This document shows positions 26,938-40,240 of a stretch of 64,000 bases of DNA, piece by piece (position 1 is the stretch's first letter; each line of letters starts with the position of its first letter). A program made the translations under genes and the position numbers. The notes under the pieces were generated by a model. The model was not told the DNA's origin. It ran no database searches and worked only from the letters and a program-made list of their open reading frames with translations. The DNA is from Octopus vulgaris. Taxonomy: Eukaryota. The stretch is from positions 44,764,001 through 44,828,000 of the forward strand of contig OX597835.1 of assembly GCA_951406725.2 (NCBI GenBank). Direction: 5' to 3'.

Positions 26938-29765
26938 ATGGTACTTAATTTCTCAACAAGAATGGAAAAAGTTAACATTGAGTTCTCCCCTAAAGACATC
27001 CCCTTACATAGTAAAGATGAATATAACTGGCTTCTCATTCATAGGATAAACGATTTCATTAAAAGAATCAGGTGGAAAACTTATCATTTTGATGTCAAAC
27101 GGAAGAAGAACCCTCAGGAAAAGAATACCGAAAAGAACTTTGGAAGAATTTTTAGAAGTAGAAAGAGTCCACCTCAAAATCCAATCCTGGAGAATTTCGA
27201 GAAAGACTTACTAAATCTTATAGATGATATTAACTTCAAGGAACACCCGTTAAGATATAACCCTCACCTTAGACACCTTAGGAACTTTATTCATTCAACC
27301 CGGTGCAAACAGGGAATCTTAGTACCAGCGGATAAAACTGGCAATATGTATAGAGTAGATTACACTCTTTATAGTAAATTAATCATGAAAGAACTAAACT
27401 CCAAATATAAAATTACGACTAAGAATAATTTGAAAAAAGTAAATCTGGAAATAAAAGAGATTATGGAGAAATTAAATTTGACGGATAGAACAGAGCCGCT
27501 CAAACCATGCGAGCCCAGAATCAACCATAAAGACCACAAAAAGAATTTCTTGGAAAACCCTTCGGTAAGGTTGATTTGTCCAACTATCCTGGATACTGTT
27601 CTACCCCAAATAACCCCTTTTCTTCCCTTAAGCCTATGGCTAAATACAGATGAAGTTCTAAAATGGTTTAACTCTCTAAATAATACTAGTAGTCTATCCT
27701 TTATTCAGTTCGATATGAATAGTTATTACTCTAGTATTTCCCCTATCCTGCTAAACAAATCACTAATTTTTGCTATGAATCGCTCCCTCATATCTAGAGA
27801 AGAAATCAATTTTGTGCTACTAGCTAGGAAAACATTTATAGAATTTGAGGATAAGTTATGGACTAGAGCAGATACACCTAATTATTTTGATATAGCCATG
27901 GGTTCAAGTGACTCGGCTGAGGTAACTAACCTAGTGGGCGCGTATCTATTAAAATGCATAAGTAAGGATATTCCAGAACTACAGGGCAGTTTATATAGGG
28001 ATGATGCTCTGTTTGTTATCCCTAGTAATAATAAATCTAGTATAGAAAGGATTAGAAAGAGAATTAATAAGTTTTTTAAAGATTTTAACCTCAACATAAC
28101 CTATGAGCCTGGCACTAAAATAGTTAATTTCCTAGATATTACGTTAGACCTTAACTCCAAGCTGCATTACCCATTTAGAAAGGAAGGCGAAATTACGAGA
28201 TACGTAAACAAATTATCCAACCATCCACCAAATATAATTGAATCTTTAGCCAGAAATATTTCATTAAGAATTTCAAAATTATCTTCAAATAAGGATATAT
28301 TTAACTCCCATTCTGAGCATTATAATACAGCGTTAACTAAGGCAGGATACAACCAAAAAATTACATTCATAGATAAGGGGAACTTACATACTCCTAATAA
28401 AGAAGTTATCATTAATCACATAAGCAGCAATATAGACCAGGCCCGAAATAGAAGTAGAAATAGATTCACGGTAACCGCAAATCTAGCGTACAAGCCCAAT
28501 AATTCAAATAGAAGTAAAAACCAAAGCATAAGTAATTCGGATAAAATGGAATTAGATAAATCAAAAATGCACACAAATTATAGTAGTAAGTACAATGACT
28601 TTGATAAGATGAATGATAATAATAATTCTACGAACCCTGATTCTAATTCAAGGAAATTTAATAGAAATAAAAATAAAAAAGATATAGTATGGCTGAATAT
28701 TCCTTTCAACTGAGCGATTCAATCGGATATACAGAGCAAATTCAAAGTAATTCTAGAAAAAAATTTCCCAATCTCTCATAGATATCATAAAATTATTTCT
28801 AAGAAAACAGTTAGAATTTCTTATTCAACCCTCCCAAATATGTCCACTTTAATAGCTAAGATTAATAATAACAACAGGAATACCAATAACAATTATAACA
28901 ATACTAACAACAATAAACGCAACAATAGTAACTATCAAAACACGGATGAAATCAGTAACCTCAAAACGACTAATAATAATATTAGCAGTAATAAGAGTAG
29001 TAATAATACCGATACTAATAGAAGTAAAAATGTTAATAATAGAAGTAAGGCTAATAGAGAAAACGCGGAGAAGGAAAATATCAATGATATCTATAGTAAC
29101 AATATACAGTTTGTTAATAATACTAACAATAATAGTAACATTACTAATAATGTAAATAATCATGGTAGGACTTTAGACCTAAAAGATGGAGCAATAGGAT
29201 CATTAAATAATAACAATGCTTTGGATAGCAGCACCAACTATAAAAATAATAATAAGGATTATTATACTCATGATAATCATAATAATAAGAACATAAAACA
29301 TCTACCCATGAATAATCCAACTTCTGAAGTTGTTCCTCCTACGTGTAAGTGTAGAATTAAGTCAAGATGCCCGGCACCCGGTCTTTGCGGGGAAAATAAC
29401 GTAATCTATAAATGTACCATATCTACTGAGAATAACGAATTTTTTATATTGGGTGCACAATAAATTTTAATAAGAGAGTTAGAAACCACATCTCATTTTT
29501 TGGATTACGTCATAAAGCTGGTACCACCACACTTTCAAGTAAAATCTGGGAACTCAAAAATAATAACAAGAATTATAATCTTAATTGGGAAATAGTTAGG
29601 AGAGCAATACCGTATAAAAATAGCAGGGTTGGTTGCCAACTCTGCTCAATGGAGACCTATGAAATTCTAAGGCATAGAAAAAATAGAAACTTGTTAAATA
29701 ACCATATTGAAATAGGACAAGTTTGTGTCCACGCTAAATTGAAGACCCTAAAATATTTTAAGTGA
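26938..29765 (+). pseudogene. PLE polyprotein: reverse transcriptase + Cys-rich linker + GIY-YIG endonuclease (disrupted)
   Basis: Motifs ADKTGN, FIQFD, MGSSDSAE, LYRDD, VNFLDITL, SNHPP; in-frame TGA at 28711 followed by HKIISKKTVRISYSTLPNM; CKCR..CP..G.C, NVIY; frameshift in the T-run at 29440-29445 restores YIG...R..NH...CQLC..E...LLN...CVH, ending at TGA 29763-29765. Confidence 0.9.
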
Positions 29766-29796
29766 ATAAATGTATAGAACAATCGTAACAAGATAG

Positions 29797-31456
29797 GTAG
29801 ATAAATATAACCGGGTCTTTAATAGTATAACATTATTTTTTAAGCAGATATCTGCGATTTCTCACACTATACTTATCTTTTTCTTTGTAACTACACCTAA
29901 TTTTAAACATTGGGAAATTTAAAATAGTATTCGTACATTGCTTAATTGAAAGTTTATCTAATTCTTAATTCTTAAATCTTAATTTTTAGTGTTTATTTAA
30001 TTCTTAAATCTTAATGTTAAATTTTAATTTTTAATTTTTAATTTTTAATTGTGGAACTTAATCTAGTTTAGGTAACACTACTTTAATAAATTAAGTTACT
30101 AAAGCTTAGCAATTCTATTACAGAATTAATTAAGCGAAGAAACTCCCTTGAAAGTAGTATGATAAACTTCAATAAAATTGACAATTCCATCACACCTTGT
30201 TAATTAAATTCTAGGTTTTGACCGGTAGTCCGTTAATGTTATTGATAGTAACGGCTACAATTTTAAGACAGTAACATGAATAAATAAATAAATAAATAAT
30301 GTTATTGATAGTAACGGCTACAATTTTAAGACAGTAACATGAATAAATAAATAAATAAATAATTTAAATGACCTTTGGTTAAGGGTTGCACCTAGATCCT
30401 TTCTCTTATTGTATTTCCTTTTAGCGATAGCTATTGACCCCGCTGACCTTGTTTATCTCTTTAAATCCTCTTTAGATTCATATCTGCTTTCATCCGTGTC
30501 AGGTTGATAGTAAATAGCTGTGTACTGGTCAAAAAAAAAAAAAAAAAAAAAATTTCTTTCCACATAGTTCCTGAATTCTTAAAGTTTCTTAAAGATTCAA
30601 GCTAACTAAGCTATCTACAAATTCTTCTGTATTTGGTCACTTAAAAAAAACCCCTCCCGCTAAGTTGTCACAGTATACTCTATATAGGCGCCTTTTCTTT
30701 TCTCCCCATTCCACTTTTTCTTTCTTTCTTTTCCTTTTTCTTCTTTTCCTTTTTTTCTTTTTCCTTTTTTTCCTTTTCTTTCTCTTTCTTTTCCTTATTT
30801 CTTCTCCTTTTTCTTTTTCTTTTTTCCTTGTCTCTTTCCTTTTTCTTTTTATCTTATTTTATTTTCTCTGCCCCACAAATAAATTCCTTCAGCCTTTAGA
30901 ATTCTCAACATAGCAGTTTTGCACGGAGAGCAATAACATGGCAAATTACCTTATCATATAGCATGAAATGATTGTGGATTAATAATGGTTAAATACATCG
31001 TCTGTGAGTATGAAATCCCTCATCTTACCACTGGAAATGTAAATCTTCACTATGGATTAATTCACCTTTTCTGTGAAGCTAATAAGTCTTTAAAAACCTG
31101 TGATAAGTCTGTGCATCATCCTCTTCATATCTCTGGAAATTTAAATCTACAACATGGATTGATTCATCTTCTCTTCGAAACTAATAAGTTTTTAAAAATC
31201 TGTGATAAGACTGTGCATCATCATTAAGGAACTTTGGAAAACTGTTTACAACCTATATCTGCCTCTAATGGAACTATCTCCAATATCTCATGAGTATAAC
31301 CTCACCCACTAAGATGTCTAGAGAACTCAAATGTATTTTAGCTGATGAGTACGGGACACTTTTAACTGCTGCAACTTTTGCAACTTGTAATAAAGCCTGT
31401 CTTTGTATGAAACAATTGTACTAAAAACCAATCCATTCTTGTTGCTTCTTTCTCGT
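29797..31456 (+). repeat. 3' pseudo-LTR of the PLE
   Basis: Direct repeat of 25194-26787; ends ~30 nt after the HHR, abutting (TA)n. Confidence 0.92.
31336..31426 (+). ncRNA. Type I hammerhead ribozyme (PLE pLTR, second copy)
   Basis: Same core and stems as 26667-26757. Confidence 0.85.
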
Positions 31457-31908
31457 ATATATATATATATATATATATGGATATGGGAGCGTGTGTGTAT
31501 GGGGGTGTATATCCCCTTTTATTTATATATATATATATGTGTGTAGATATATATAAGTGTATGTATGAGTATGGGTATGGGCGTGTACGTAGATACATGT
31601 ATACGGGTACATATGTACATGTGTATATGGGTGTATGTGTGTATGTGTACGTATGTGTATGTGTATATATGTCTATGTATGTATATGTGTGTATATGTTT
31701 TTATGTATATGTATACATATGTGTATGTGTGTGTGTATGTGTATATGTACATGTGTGTGCATATATATATATATATTAATCAGCCGAAATTACTACGATG
31801 ATCCGGTTCTTGACTGAAGACTGAGGGTTTCGAATGTCCTGTCCGTGTTTATTGTATCGTCTTCTAAGAGTTATACGTTCTTGTCCATGTTGTATTTTTC
31901 TACATACC

Positions 31909-31957
<49 letters not shown>

Positions 31958-32200
31958 GTATGTATATGTGTATGTATATATATGTATATGTATAAGTGAG
32001 AGTCTCCTTATTTACCTAAAACTCTATGTTTCTATTTATTCTTTTATTCTTTTATTTATTCTTTTATCTACTTTACCACCGATTCCTTTGACCACTCCCC
32101 TAAGAATGATAGGTTGCACCATGCCTACCCCCAAAAAGTCCCCCCACCACCCCTTTAAACCTGCCTAAATGTATAAATGCCAAAACTACTCTTGTCACCT

Positions 32201-32251
32201 AGCTTCCTGATGATTTCTTTCGAATGAAACAGTTCTAGTCCTGTAGAAGCT
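32201..32251 (+). ncRNA. Type I hammerhead ribozyme, family B
   Basis: agcttc-CTGATGA-tttc tttc gaat-GAAA-cag ttctagtc ctg-TA-gaagct; perfect 6-bp stem I; lies at the 3' end of a ~290-bp insert in (TA)n. Confidence 0.85.
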
Positions 32252-32293
32252 CCTTCTATAAAATAAAATAAAAAAAATATATATATATATATG

Positions 32294-32344
<51 letters not shown>

Positions 32345-32373
32345 CATACATATATATGTATTTTTATATACAT

Positions 32374-32447
<74 letters not shown>

Positions 32448-34197
32448 GTCAACTTTTGGAACTAAAAGGTGGTGCTCCAGCATGGCCGCAGTCAAATGAA
32501 TCAAACAAGTAAAATAAAAGAATAAACTTCTAACAGAGCGTTATATAAAACTGTGATCTTTTCAGACGTATTATATAAACTAGTGTGCGATCGAACGCGC
32601 TTTTGCTATTTTAATAGGAGTAAGGTCTCATAGAGTAGAGGAACGGAGATGCGGAAATCCATTCTTTCGTTGGCTTGAATCGATAGAACGTATTTTCATA
32701 AACTACCAATTATGTCATAAAGATACGATTAGATATTTATTGATTTCCAATGTCAGCGCAAAATGTTATTTTACAGCTGAATGTGTGACATTTTGTTTTA
32801 AAGCGTATTAATATCACCTTACTTGGTCACTGTGGAAATGATCTTTCTACAGCTAACGTCAAACCCCCTGACCACGTTGTCAAATTCTTTGTTCCTATTA
32901 CTCTTTAAAATAGAGAGACTGTACACGTTTTTTTGTTTTTGTTTTACGTAAGCGCTCACTGTAACAGAAAAGCGAGGTAAACCTTGCTGAAGATCACATT
33001 TTGTCAGTTTAGCACACATTCTGATGTTGGAACAAAGTCGTAAAGGAGTCGTTGATAGTCTGTGCCGGTAAAAGGAAAAAGTGATTACTGATGAATATAT
33101 TTAAACATATATCTGCTCGGTGAGACCTAATCTTTATTTAAAAAGACAACAGCAACACCATCAACTGCAGCAACAATAACAAAACACAACAACAAACACG
33201 TTGGATAGAAGTATTTTAAATCCTGATTTTCTTAGCTTCGTTATTCGTTTCGTAATTCGTTTCGTAATGCATACACACACACACATGTGTCAGTGAGTGT
33301 GTGTATGTGTGTGTGTGTGTGTCTGTAACAGCGGCAGCTTACAGTTCCCGTCTACCGAATACACTCAAAAAGTTTTCGTTGGCCTGGAGCTATAGCAGAA
33401 TGTACTTGCTCAAGGTGTCACAGAGTGGAACCGAACGTAAAATATTCGGTTGCGAAACAAACTTCTTACCACACAGCAAATTCACAGCAAATTTCAAAAA
33501 TAAATTTCTTAAACGAGGTAAATAATGTGAGCAGTGCGTTGGCGGGATCTGAACTCACAAAAGAAAACCCAATACCTGAATCCACCTACATATTTTCGCA
33601 TAACAAAATAAATGAGAGAATAAACTAGAATAAAGCCTTCATCGATTCTTCCCAAACATTTCGAATGTCGCAATTGAATAAAAAATAAAAGACACGTCTC
33701 TCTTGTGCTATTGTCTACTGCATAGTTTCTACGTTCTACAAGATCGATAAAGCCATTTATGGTAGGCAGGTGACATCGATGTCACCACACAGTAAAGATT
33801 ATTGGTGTCGTATCGAAAGAGATTAAAATATCTGCTGTTATCAACAGTGTAATAGGTATTGGCGTAATGACGCAAGACTAATGAAGATGATGATGATGTT
33901 GGTGATGGTGATGGTGATGGTGGTTGTGGTAGTGATGGTGATGATGATTTTGGTAGTGGTGGGGGTAGTTGTGATAATGATGATGATGATTATGTTGATG
34001 ATTATGATGATTATGATGATAGCGACAATGGGGATGATGAGCAGGAGGCGAATTATCTTTCATTTATTAGTCTCACGGGCTCCGGACATTCATGCAAAAC
34101 ATTTTGTACTGAGCGATTAAAACCCGAAAATTCCTAGCGTGAACACAGACATTAAACTGGGAAAAAGGCAAATGCGCAAAACAAATAATAAAGTGAA

Positions 34198-34260
<63 letters not shown>

Positions 34261-34287
34261 TCGGTGCCTCGTTGTACCATTTATTTA

Positions 34288-34326
<39 letters not shown>

Positions 34327-34328
<2 letters not shown>

Positions 34329-34453
34329 GTTGTATACTGTCAATCTAACAGGAACGTGACAGTAGGGGGTACACCACCGCTGTTTAGCCCTAGGAAGCAG
34401 CGGTGGTGTACCCCCTACTGTCACGTTCGTGTTAGACTGACAGTATACAACCA
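34327..34453. repeat. Palindrome (~58-bp arms) inserted in (TA)n
   Basis: tggttgtatactgtca...caccaccgctg / cagcggtggtg...tgacagtatacaacca. Confidence 0.9.
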
Positions 34454-34510
34454 CACTATCGCCCCGCCACCGTACATGTCTCTACGAGAGATTTAGAAAT
34501 TTAGTATTTT

Positions 34511-34556
<46 letters not shown>

Positions 34557-34760
34557 ACATGTATGTATGTATGTATGTATGTATGTATGTATGTATGTAT
34601 GAATGTATGTATGTATGTATGAAAGTTAACGTTCAATGTTAGTTGAGCCCTGCCTCGAATCCAAGCAAAATTTAACGGTTTACTGTTTCAAACATTACAG
34701 TTTTGCGATCTGCCCCTTCTGCCATTCATTTAATTCGCTTGAAGGTAGATTCTCCCTCTC

Positions 34761-35496
34761 GTCGGGCGAAATGTCTAGCGGTATTTCGTCTGCCGTTACG
34801 TTCTGAGTTCAAATTCCGCAGTGGTCGACTTTGCCTTTCATCCTGTCGGGGTCGATAAATTAAGTACCAGTTACGCACTGGGGTCGATGTAATCGACTTC
34901 CGTTTGTCCTCTCTGTGTTTAGCCCCTTGTGGGTAGTAAATAAATAGGTATTTCGACTGGTACTACATTCTGAGTTCAAATTCCGCAGTGGTCGACTTTG
35001 CCTTTCATCCTTTCGGTGTCGATAAATTAAGTACCAGTTACGCACTGGGGTCGATGTAATCGACTTCCGTTTGTCCTCTCTGTGTTTAGCCCCTTGTGGG
35101 TAGTAAATAAATAGGTATTTCGACTGGTACTACATTCTGAGTTCAAATTCCGCCGAGGTCGACTTTGCCTTTCATCCTGTCGGGGTCGATAAATTAAGTA
35201 CCAGTTACTCACTGGGGTCGATGTAATCGACTTCCGTTTGTCCTCTCTGTGTTTAGCCCATTGTGGGTAGTAAATAAATAGGTATTTCGACTGGTACTAC
35301 ATTCTGAGTTCAAATTCCGCCGTGGTCGACTTTGCCTTTCATCCTTTCGGTGTCGATAAATTAAGTACCAGTTACGCACTGGGGTCGATATAATCGACTT
35401 AATCAGTTTGTCTGTCCTTGTTTGTCCTCTCTGTGTTTAGCCCCTTGCAGGTAGTAAAGAAATAGATATTTTGTCTGTCTTTACGTTGTGAGTTCA
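34761..35496 (+). repeat. Tandem array of SINE family B, 167-bp period
   Basis: ggtatttcg recurs at 34780, 34947, 35114 and 35281, with a partial unit at ~35465. Confidence 0.9.
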
Positions 35497-36024
35497 TTTT
35501 TTTTTCTCTATTTTTCAATTTGAATACTGTGTAGCTTATTTCTATACAGATACACATTGTCGGAGCGAAGACACAAGAGTTGGGTATGACATTATTTCTA
35601 AGAGTATCTGCAACAAACGTGTCTCTCCTACACACTCTAATGTCTAATGGTCATAGCACCGTAGATTAGTAATTTAAAGACTATGAATGACTTTCTGGAG
35701 ATCGGTCTTGACTTTAGACCATCTTGAATGATCCACGTTGGTTAAAATTCTTTCTCTGTTGATATCGTCTTCATAAATAACATTCATCGACAGAAGAAAT
35801 CAGCGAGGAATTTCAGGAATTTTTGTGTCCGAAAACCGTCGGTTCCCATCGTTGCCACCAACATTGTATAGGGTCCAACGAGGATGTTTCATCGATCGCA
35901 TTGGCAATTCGTAGATAACTGTGCGTGTATTAAAATATTCCAGAAAGAAAACGTACATTTTCGATGAATATATAAAAAAATGGTAGCATCTTTCTCGATG
36001 ATATGAGATGAAGTATAGCGTTGT

Positions 36025-36238
36025 TAGCTGGCAGAAACGTTAGCATGTCGGGCGAAATATCTAGCGGTATTTTGTCTGCCGTTACGTTCTGAGTTCAAAT
36101 TCCGCCGAGGTCGACTTTATCTGTCATTCTATCGGGGTCGATAAATTAAGTACCAGTTACGCACTGGGATCGATCTGACCGACCCAAACCCTTTGCCAGT
36201 CCCCTCTGTATTTAGCTCCTTGTGGGCAATAAAGAAAT
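36025..36238 (+). mobile_element. SINE family B with 12-bp TSD
   Basis: atgaagtatagc at 36008-36019 and 36239-36250. Confidence 0.85.
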
Positions 36239-36759
36239 ATGAAGTATAGCATTGGTCACTAAAAGAAACAGTACTTACACCCGTTAAAAGAATTTCTAGA
36301 GATGTAGCAGTCCGAATGAGCATTATCAACTGGGCCCCACATTAAGATAGTAGCAATGAATCGTGACTGTCAAATAGAATCCCGTTTCATACAAAAGACG
36401 GAAATGAGTACTGAACACATGGGACCTAAATTGCAGGTCACATTTCGATGTTGCTAATTCAATCCTGCGCCCGACATTCCTCGGCAAGGTTGAGTACCAC
36501 TCTGCTTACCGTGCTCTTTCTAACTAATTCTATCAATTAAGCAAGTGATGTTATACCGAACTACATTTAACAGATAACCAGTTAAATAAGAACAGGTGCA
36601 GCTGATGAGTGGCCTAACCAACACGGACTCCTTTGGCTTATCTCTCATCACCTTCATATACATACGATTCAATGATTCAGCGGTCATCTCTGTATGATGA
36701 CATGCATCTCCTTTATGATACTTTCAAAAGTTTCCTCATGGGCGCCTCCAGTTGCGGCA

Positions 36760-37337
36760 ATATTAGTGGATGACATCAGCACTGAACCACCAAACAGACA
36801 CCATTATCTTTTTTGGTGAGTATTCTTTTTGAGATTGGGTTTAGGTATTTTGTCTCTATCCAACCAATTGCTATTGTTGAAAATAATCCATTCTTCATCA
36901 CACGTAACAATACGATACAAAAATGGTTCGCATTTATGCCATGACAGCAAAGAACAGCAAGTGTCAAGACGACGTGTCATTTGATGCTCGTTCAGTTCAT
37001 GTGGTACCCACATGTCCAGCTTCTTTATCTTGCTGATTTATTTCAGATGGTCTAATACAGTTGGAATCGAAACATTGAATCAGGTGTAGTTTGCGATGTA
37101 TCCGCTTCCACTACAGTTTCCAACTCATCATTATCCACATTGGCCTCAAGTCTACCATGGGGCTGATTTGCTTGAGAAAAGTCATCAGACCGAAACTTCT
37201 GAAATCATTGACGTACAGTGCGCTCATTAGCCACATCGTCACCAAACACCTCATTGGTATTTTGAATTGCCCGGGACGCATTGGTTCCACGACAGAACTC
37301 ATATTTATACACAACTCGAAGTTTTTGTTCTATCCAT
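36760..37337 (-). pseudogene. Mariner transposase remnant (N-terminal half)
   Basis: YEFCRGTNASRA...VFGDDVANERTVRQ*FQKF (HTH region), WVPHEL, IVTCDEEWI, MVSVWW; several stops and frameshifts. Confidence 0.9.
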
Positions 37338-37677
37338 GATTTCAAAAACATTAATTTACATACAAAAAACTCCCATTATAACCAGACACCATGAATTGCA
37401 TTGCGAAAAGTGACGATGTAACTCTTCGACATTGTAAAAACAAAGGATTGTCAGGATAAAACATTAGAGTTGACGACTGCATAAGCAAATCGCAATTTTC
37501 ATTCTTAATGACCATATACACACACACACACAGACGCACAAACAACACACACACATATACACGTTTATGAATTTGTGTTGCAAGATACATAAATAGAAAG
37601 ATAGATACGTACATACATATGCATATATATATGCACATAAACATGCAAACACACACACAAACACACACACACACACA

Positions 37678-37721
<44 letters not shown>

Positions 37722-38462
37722 TATACATGTATATTCATAAAACATACAAGATATTTTATTAATCTACCGACATTTATTCAACCTAAAACTTGACGTATTA
37801 ACATATGAAATTAACGCAGTGGTTTTAATATGCCATAAATTGGAGAACGATGTTTCGGTCTATTGGAATGCCTCATCAGTTTGGCAGGGTATATAATTTT
37901 CTGCTTACTCAATCGGTGAATATTTATGCATATAAGGAAACAAGTGCTAATGAAGCTGTGACAGATATGAACTGCTTTATTTAACAACGTAAACAGCAGC
38001 GGGAAGTAACTCAAATGTGTTCAGCAGAATGATATGCAACAATATAAATTCATAATTGAAATTTTCATCTTTATGGGATAATGAAAATATGTAATATTTC
38101 AAAAGTAGTTTTGTGACGTCGGTGAGAGTCAGTGACAATGAATGTATGTGTGTATGTGTATGTATGTGTATGTATGCACGTACGTATGTATGTATATATG
38201 TATGTATATGTGTATGTGTGTATGTACGTATATATGTGTGTGTATGTATGTATATGTGTATGTATGTATGTGTATATGTATGTATATATGTATGTATATA
38301 TGTATATGTGTGTCTATGTATATATGTATATGTATATATACATGTTTGTATGTGTGTGTATGCATGTGTGTATGTGTTTGTGTCTGTGTGTTCGTGCGTG
38401 CATGTGTATGTATGTATGTATATATGTATGTATGGACGTATGTATGCTTGTATGTGTGCATG

Positions 38463-38509
<47 letters not shown>

Positions 38510-38544
38510 TTACCTAACTATTTATCTGTCTGTCTATCCATCTA

Positions 38545-39130
38545 TGGACCATGAGCAGAGATTCCTGGCCAGCCAGTGCTATTGGGAAGTAATGCCCGTT
38601 CGGGATAAGCTCAACAGGCAGGGTTCGTGATACACCGAACTGACTTGCCCGAGATGCGGTCAGAGCGACGAAACCATTCCGCACGCACTCGTACAGTGTC
38701 CAACCATTTCGGACCTGTGGGCTTATGCCGAACGGCTGCTGTCACGTGTGCGACAAATTCGGTTGTCGGCAAGTCTATCGTGAAAATTGCTCTGCCACTT
38801 TCCCTTCACCGGGAAGGTAAGGCAGTCTTCATCGTACTGGTGGCCATGGTGAAGAAATGTGTGTGGTGGGCTTTAGCGAAAGGATTAGAGACAAATACTT
38901 ACCTCTCTGGCCAGTTGCTCATCAACTTTTCCAAACACCACTTGAAATGGAAGGTAAGAATAGAGGGCCAAGTTTTTTCTCATGAAAGATTCCATAAAAG
39001 GTAGGTGAATGTAGCAAATTGGTAGGCGCGAATGACGAATCCACTTTGAACAGGATCCTATAAATCGAAAAAAGGGAGAGAGAGCACTTTGCTCCCATGT
39101 AATTTTTCCCACCCTGCTTGATGTTAATGT
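38545..39130 (+). pseudogene. 3' fragment of a Tx1/L1-type LINE ORF2 (CCHC zinc-knuckle region)
   Basis: ...MPVRDKL..*..CPRCGQSDETIPHALVQCP..SDLW; contains a stop and a frameshift. Confidence 0.8.
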
Positions 39131-39240
39131 GGTCTTTTCGCAGGATATTATCTTCTTTTTTGTCTTTCGAAGAGAAAAGTTCTACATTGCATTTTGTCCC
39201 CCTTGTTTTGGCAGTGTGTGCCTAAGAAAGAAAGATATCA

Positions 39241-39325
<85 letters not shown>

Positions 39326-39477
39326 GTCTGTTTTTCTTTTTATTTGTCTGTCTGTTTCTCTCTCTCTCTATCAATCTATCTACCTATCTATTTCTCTATT
39401 TATGTGTGTATGTATGTATGTATGTATCTATCTATTTAACAACCAATGTATAAATTTGTATGTCAGTTTATTTCTCA

Positions 39478-39564
<87 letters not shown>

Positions 39565-39955
39565 CATACATACATACACACTTGCACACACACACTTATA
39601 CATATATTTAACAATGCATTTATAGTTATGTATGTGTGTTTTTAATGCGTATAGAATTTTGTGCGATGGTTTTGTGGTTGCCAAAATATGAGAAGGAAAA
39701 GTGAAAAATGTAGGTCAGAGTGAAAGGGAATAATAGTGTATGTATATCCATGTTTCTTGTATGTGTGTGTGTGTTTGTGCGTGTGTGTATAAATCTGTGT
39801 GTGCGCGCACGTGTACATACACACGCAATTACTTGATTACGTCATGCGAGGGGTTTTATTGCATAGTTACGTGAAAATTTTGCGTTTATTGCCTACTTTG
39901 TCTCCTGTATATTACTCTACTTATAAACGACTGGGAATAATGAAGGCACATTTCT

Positions 39956-40019
<64 letters not shown>

Positions 40020-40087
40020 TGACATTCACTTACAGCCACACAAACACGGAAACATAAACGTGTGCATATATATATGCACACGTATAT

Positions 40088-40121
<34 letters not shown>

Positions 40122-40180
40122 ATATATATACCTATATACGCACACATATATAGGTATATATATATATATATATATACCTA

Positions 40181-40240
<60 letters not shown>

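Larger units (their letters stand above)
25194..31456 (+). mobile_element. Penelope-like retroelement (PLE), near full length, with tandem pseudo-LTRs
   Basis: Direct repeats 25194-26787 and 29797-31456 flank an RT + GIY-YIG ORF; an HHR in each repeat; inserted in TA-rich microsatellite with no clear TSD. Confidence 0.93.

Noticed and set aside
28711-28713. In-frame TGA as selenocysteine readthrough (described for some PLEs)
   Set aside because: The position is not in a Cys motif, I see no SECIS, and this copy has other lesions; a nonsense mutation is simpler.
34761-35496. CRISPR-like array (also considered for 49229-51270)
   Set aside because: Whole units repeat with no unique spacers; eukaryotic context; no cas genes.
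36595-36640. CTGATGA hits here and at ~14999 and ~61528 as hammerheads
   Set aside because: No properly placed GAAA/NUH with pairing stems.
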